A program made the position numbers and the translations under genes. From a bacterium (lineage in GTDB: Bacteria; Zhuqueibacterota; Zhuqueibacteria; Zhuqueibacterales; Zhuqueibacteraceae): a stretch of 64,000 bases of DNA. The DNA lies in assembly GCA_044869275.1 (NCBI GenBank), contig JBIOXB010000014.1, positions 1 to 64,000 of the forward strand, in the 5' to 3' direction. Under the pieces are notes generated by a model. It saw only the letters and a program-made list of their open reading frames with translations. It had not been told where the DNA came from and did no database searches. Below are positions 58,922 to 64,000 of this stretch, in pieces; the stretch's first letter is position 1, and the number at the start of each line of letters is the position of its first letter.

Positions 58922-59240
58922 CGAGCACCGTGTGAATGGTCCATTCTTCCGCTTTGCGATAGCCTTCGTCAAAATCCAACATGCTGATCGTTTCCCACGG
59001 GCAGTATTTGGCGCACAGCGTGCAGCCGATACAGCGCGGCAAATCCACTTCCACCAAACGATGCACGGTGGGCGCTTGGGGATCGGGTCCCGGCACGATC
59101 AGAATGCAATCCGCCGGGCAAAAATCGATGCACACCATGCAGCCCGTGCAACCACCTTGATCGATCACCGCCAGTTGCTTGGGACGCCGCGTCTTGCGCA
59201 ATTCAATGGGCTTTTCATATTTCGGATCTTTGAAGGCCAT
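58848..59240 (-). CDS. 2x[4Fe-4S] dicluster ferredoxin-like protein
   Basis: CTGCMVCIDFCP and CIGCTLCAKYCP motifs. Confidence 0.9.
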   Translation of the reverse strand: MAFKDPKYEKPIELRKTRRPKQLAVIDQGGCTGCMVCIDFCPADCILIVPGPDPQAPTVHRLVEVDLPRCIGCTLCAKYCPWETISMLDFDEGYRKAEEWTIHTVLGEIVEPVPPAPGAPKRRAAHAEAE

Positions 59241-59331
59241 GCCTCTTTCTCCGGATTCATTGTGCGCGCTGCTGGTGAAACTCTATCAATCGGGGAAATT
59301 TAAGAATTTTTTGCTGAAAAACAACACGCGG

Positions 59332-62051
<2,720 letters not shown>

Positions 62052-62112
62052 CAGAGGCCTCCTCCGCTTATAGTCCCTTAGAATCGCCGCTTAATTAACT
62101 TGCCCGTATTTT

Positions 62113-62193
62113 GAAACCGCTAATTAGCGCGAATGTACATTAGTACACTAGTATGCTCTCCATTCACGGCTATTAGCGTGCATTCGCGGTTTG
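62113..62193. repeat. Nonamer-periodic imperfect palindrome upstream of pyk
   Basis: AAACCGCTAAT (62114-62124) pairs with ATTCGCGGTTT (62182-62192); internal CGCGAAT/ATTAGCG units. Confidence 0.6.
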
Positions 62194-62283
62194 AGAAATG
62201 GGAAAGTTATTTAATTCTCAATCCTTAACTTGACAATTCTATTAAACTCCACCATGGCGGCAGATCTGAACGCCAAACGACAC

Positions 62284-63633
62284 TTATTCCCCCACCAGCA
62301 TGATGTGCAAATCCATCACATTAGTGCCGGTCGGGCCGGTGATGAACAGATCGCCGAGCTTTTGAAAAAAAGTATAGCTATCATTGTCGCGCAAATAGCT
62401 GCTGAAAAAGCGCAATCCCAGCGCGCGCGCCCGTGCCACGGAATTGCCGTCGGCAAAAGCGCCCGCAGCATCCGTGGGCCCGTCGATGCCATCCGTACCC
62501 GCGGCGAGAAAAACGCACTCCGGCAAGCCGTCGATATCCAGCGCCACCGACAAGGCCATTTCCTGATTGCGTCCGCCCTTGCCGCCGTGATTTCGTACGG
62601 TGACGGTGGACTCGCCGCCTGCTAAAATGCATGCCGGCGTATGCAACGGCTGCTCCGAGCTGACCACATTGTGCAGGATCGCCGCATACAAACGGCCGAG
62701 GTCGCGCGCTTCACCTTGCACGCGATTCGCCAAAACGAGCGTATGGTATCCCATGCTGCGCGCGTGGCGCTCGCATGCGGCCAGCGCATCCGCATTGCAA
62801 CCGATGATGCCGTAATGGCTGCGCGCGAAAACGGGATCGCGCGGCTTGGGCGTTTCCGAAATGCGGCCCATGCAGCCGTTCTTGATGTGCTTCTGCACGG
62901 CCAGTGGCAGCTTTGGCCAGATGCCATACAATACCAAAATGCGTTCAGCGTCGGCAAAGGTGGAAGGATCGGCGACGGTCGGGCCGGAGGCAATGATGTC
63001 CATCGGATCACCAATGACATCGGAGAGGATCAGGGTCATGATCGCCGCGGGATAAGCCGCGCGCGCGAGCTGGCCGCCTTTGATGCGCGACAAATGTTTG
63101 CGCACGGTATTGATCTCATGAATGGCGACGCCATGCGACAACAGCAAATCCGTGACTTGCTGCTCCTCTGCCAAGCGCAACGATTCCGCCGGCAGCGGCA
63201 GCAGCGCCGATCCGCCGCCCGAAATCAAACAAATCACCAGATCGTCTTCCTGAGCGGTTTCCGCCAGCTTCAAAATATGCCGCGCGGCGTCCTCACCGCG
63301 CACATCCGGAAGGGGATGGCCCGCCTCCAAAACCTTGATGTGGCGCAATTCTGCGCCGCACGGCGCATTGGACACGACGGCGCCAGCGGTGACGAGCTCG
63401 CCCAATTGCGCTTCCACGGCGCGCGCCATGGGAACTGCGGCTTTGCCCGCGCCGATGACGAACAAGCAGCGAAAATCGCGCAGATCATAGATTTCGCCGG
63501 CGAGGCGCAAGAAGTCGCCTTCGCGCTGCAGCACGCGGGCCACCGCGGCTTCGGGTTCGACCGCGGCCACACCGGCCCAAAAGATTTCTTTGGCATGTTG
63601 CCGCAACCGCTTGAGTTCGGGCGTGAGCATCAT
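62284..63633 (-). CDS. ttuD: Glycerate 2-kinase (MOFRL/TtuD family)
   Basis: GAGKAA, AGHPLPD, LISGGGSAL, RKHLSRIKGG, IASGPT, GGRNQE, GTDGIDG, TGPTGTNVMD. Confidence 0.9.
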   Translation of the reverse strand: MMLTPELKRLRQHAKEIFWAGVAAVEPEAAVARVLQREGDFLRLAGEIYDLRDFRCLFVIGAGKAAVPMARAVEAQLGELVTAGAVVSNAPCGAELRHIKVLEAGHPLPDVRGEDAARHILKLAETAQEDDLVICLISGGGSALLPLPAESLRLAEEQQVTDLLLSHGVAIHEINTVRKHLSRIKGGQLARAAYPAAIMTLILSDVIGDPMDIIASGPTVADPSTFADAERILVLYGIWPKLPLAVQKHIKNGCMGRISETPKPRDPVFARSHYGIIGCNADALAACERHARSMGYHTLVLANRVQGEARDLGRLYAAILHNVVSSEQPLHTPACILAGGESTVTVRNHGGKGGRNQEMALSVALDIDGLPECVFLAAGTDGIDGPTDAAGAFADGNSVARARALGLRFFSSYLRDNDSYTFFQKLGDLFITGPTGTNVMDLHIMLVGE

Positions 63634-63680
63634 AACGGAGGCGATGGTTGATGAGCCACGGGAAAACACCGGAAACTATT

Positions 63681-64000
63681 TTACGGCCAAATGCTCGGGT
63701 CCTCCGCGAGCTTCTGCTCGACAGCCAGCAAGCGGTCTTTGTAGGCCTTGATGCTAAAGCCGAAATGATAAGCCGCCTGTAAAAAATCGGAGGCGAGATT
63801 GTAGCGTTCACGATCTTCGGGTTTCGCCAGGACTTCTTCGATCAGCGGAGACAGGCGCTCCTGCATGAGCGCGAAAATCTGATTTTGAATCGCCTCCAGA
63901 CGGAGATCGAGCTTCAAGCGCTGCGCGACTTCGATCAACATAAGCAGCAGGCGGCAGGTTTCCGCTTTGAAATCGTGCTGCAAATCTTCGCAGCGTTTTT
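63681..64000 (-). CDS. C-terminal part of a helical protein (5' end outside window); possibly a DUF3536/GH57-type C-terminus
   Basis: Frame open to the window end, co-oriented with and close to ttuD; only weak family resemblance (LDLRLEAIQN). Confidence 0.5.
   Translation of the reverse strand, partial: KRCEDLQHDFKAETCRLLLMLIEVAQRLKLDLRLEAIQNQIFALMQERLSPLIEEVLAKPEDRERYNLASDFLQAAYHFGFSIKAYKDRLLAVEQKLAEDPSIWP

Overview
GC-rich bacterial chromosome segment. Gene content (T9SS-like/FlgD-Ig C-terminal domains, a PorV-family barrel, DUF2851, hrcA-grpE-dnaJ) suggests an FCB-group lineage such as KSB1 or Calditrichota; this is inference. Housekeeping genes: secDF, purA, leucine dehydrogenase, icd, aspC, pta, coaD, rsmD, dnaJ/grpE/hrcA, eno, pyk and glycerate kinase. 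Accessory blocks: a cluster of secreted CTD-bearing proteins including two Zn-metalloproteases, each preceded by a small exported partner (7.8-16.3 kb); a surface-polysaccharide trio (16.4-21.3 kb); and a comEA-pilM-pilN/O-like block. The standout is a co-oriented minus-strand locus at 26.5-46.9 kb. In order it holds a sigma54-type promoter, a small exported paralogue of the giant protein's N-terminal domain, a 4219-aa repetitive Ig-like surface protein, a translationally coupled PorV-barrel/TPR fusion, a membrane sensor joining an RsbW-type kinase, HAMP, PP2C phosphatase, IS481-like HTH pair and TPR, and a STAS protein carrying the same HTH. It looks like a trans-envelope partner-switching system with no sigma factor in the locus and a possibly transposase-derived output domain. 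Smaller observations: a CTG-initiated pyk, an unannotated 59-aa membrane protein, a structured purA leader, and 7-/9-nt periodic palindromic intergenic repeats. No rRNA, tRNA, CRISPR array or intact mobile element was seen. All family assignments come from recognising motifs by eye, not from database searches.
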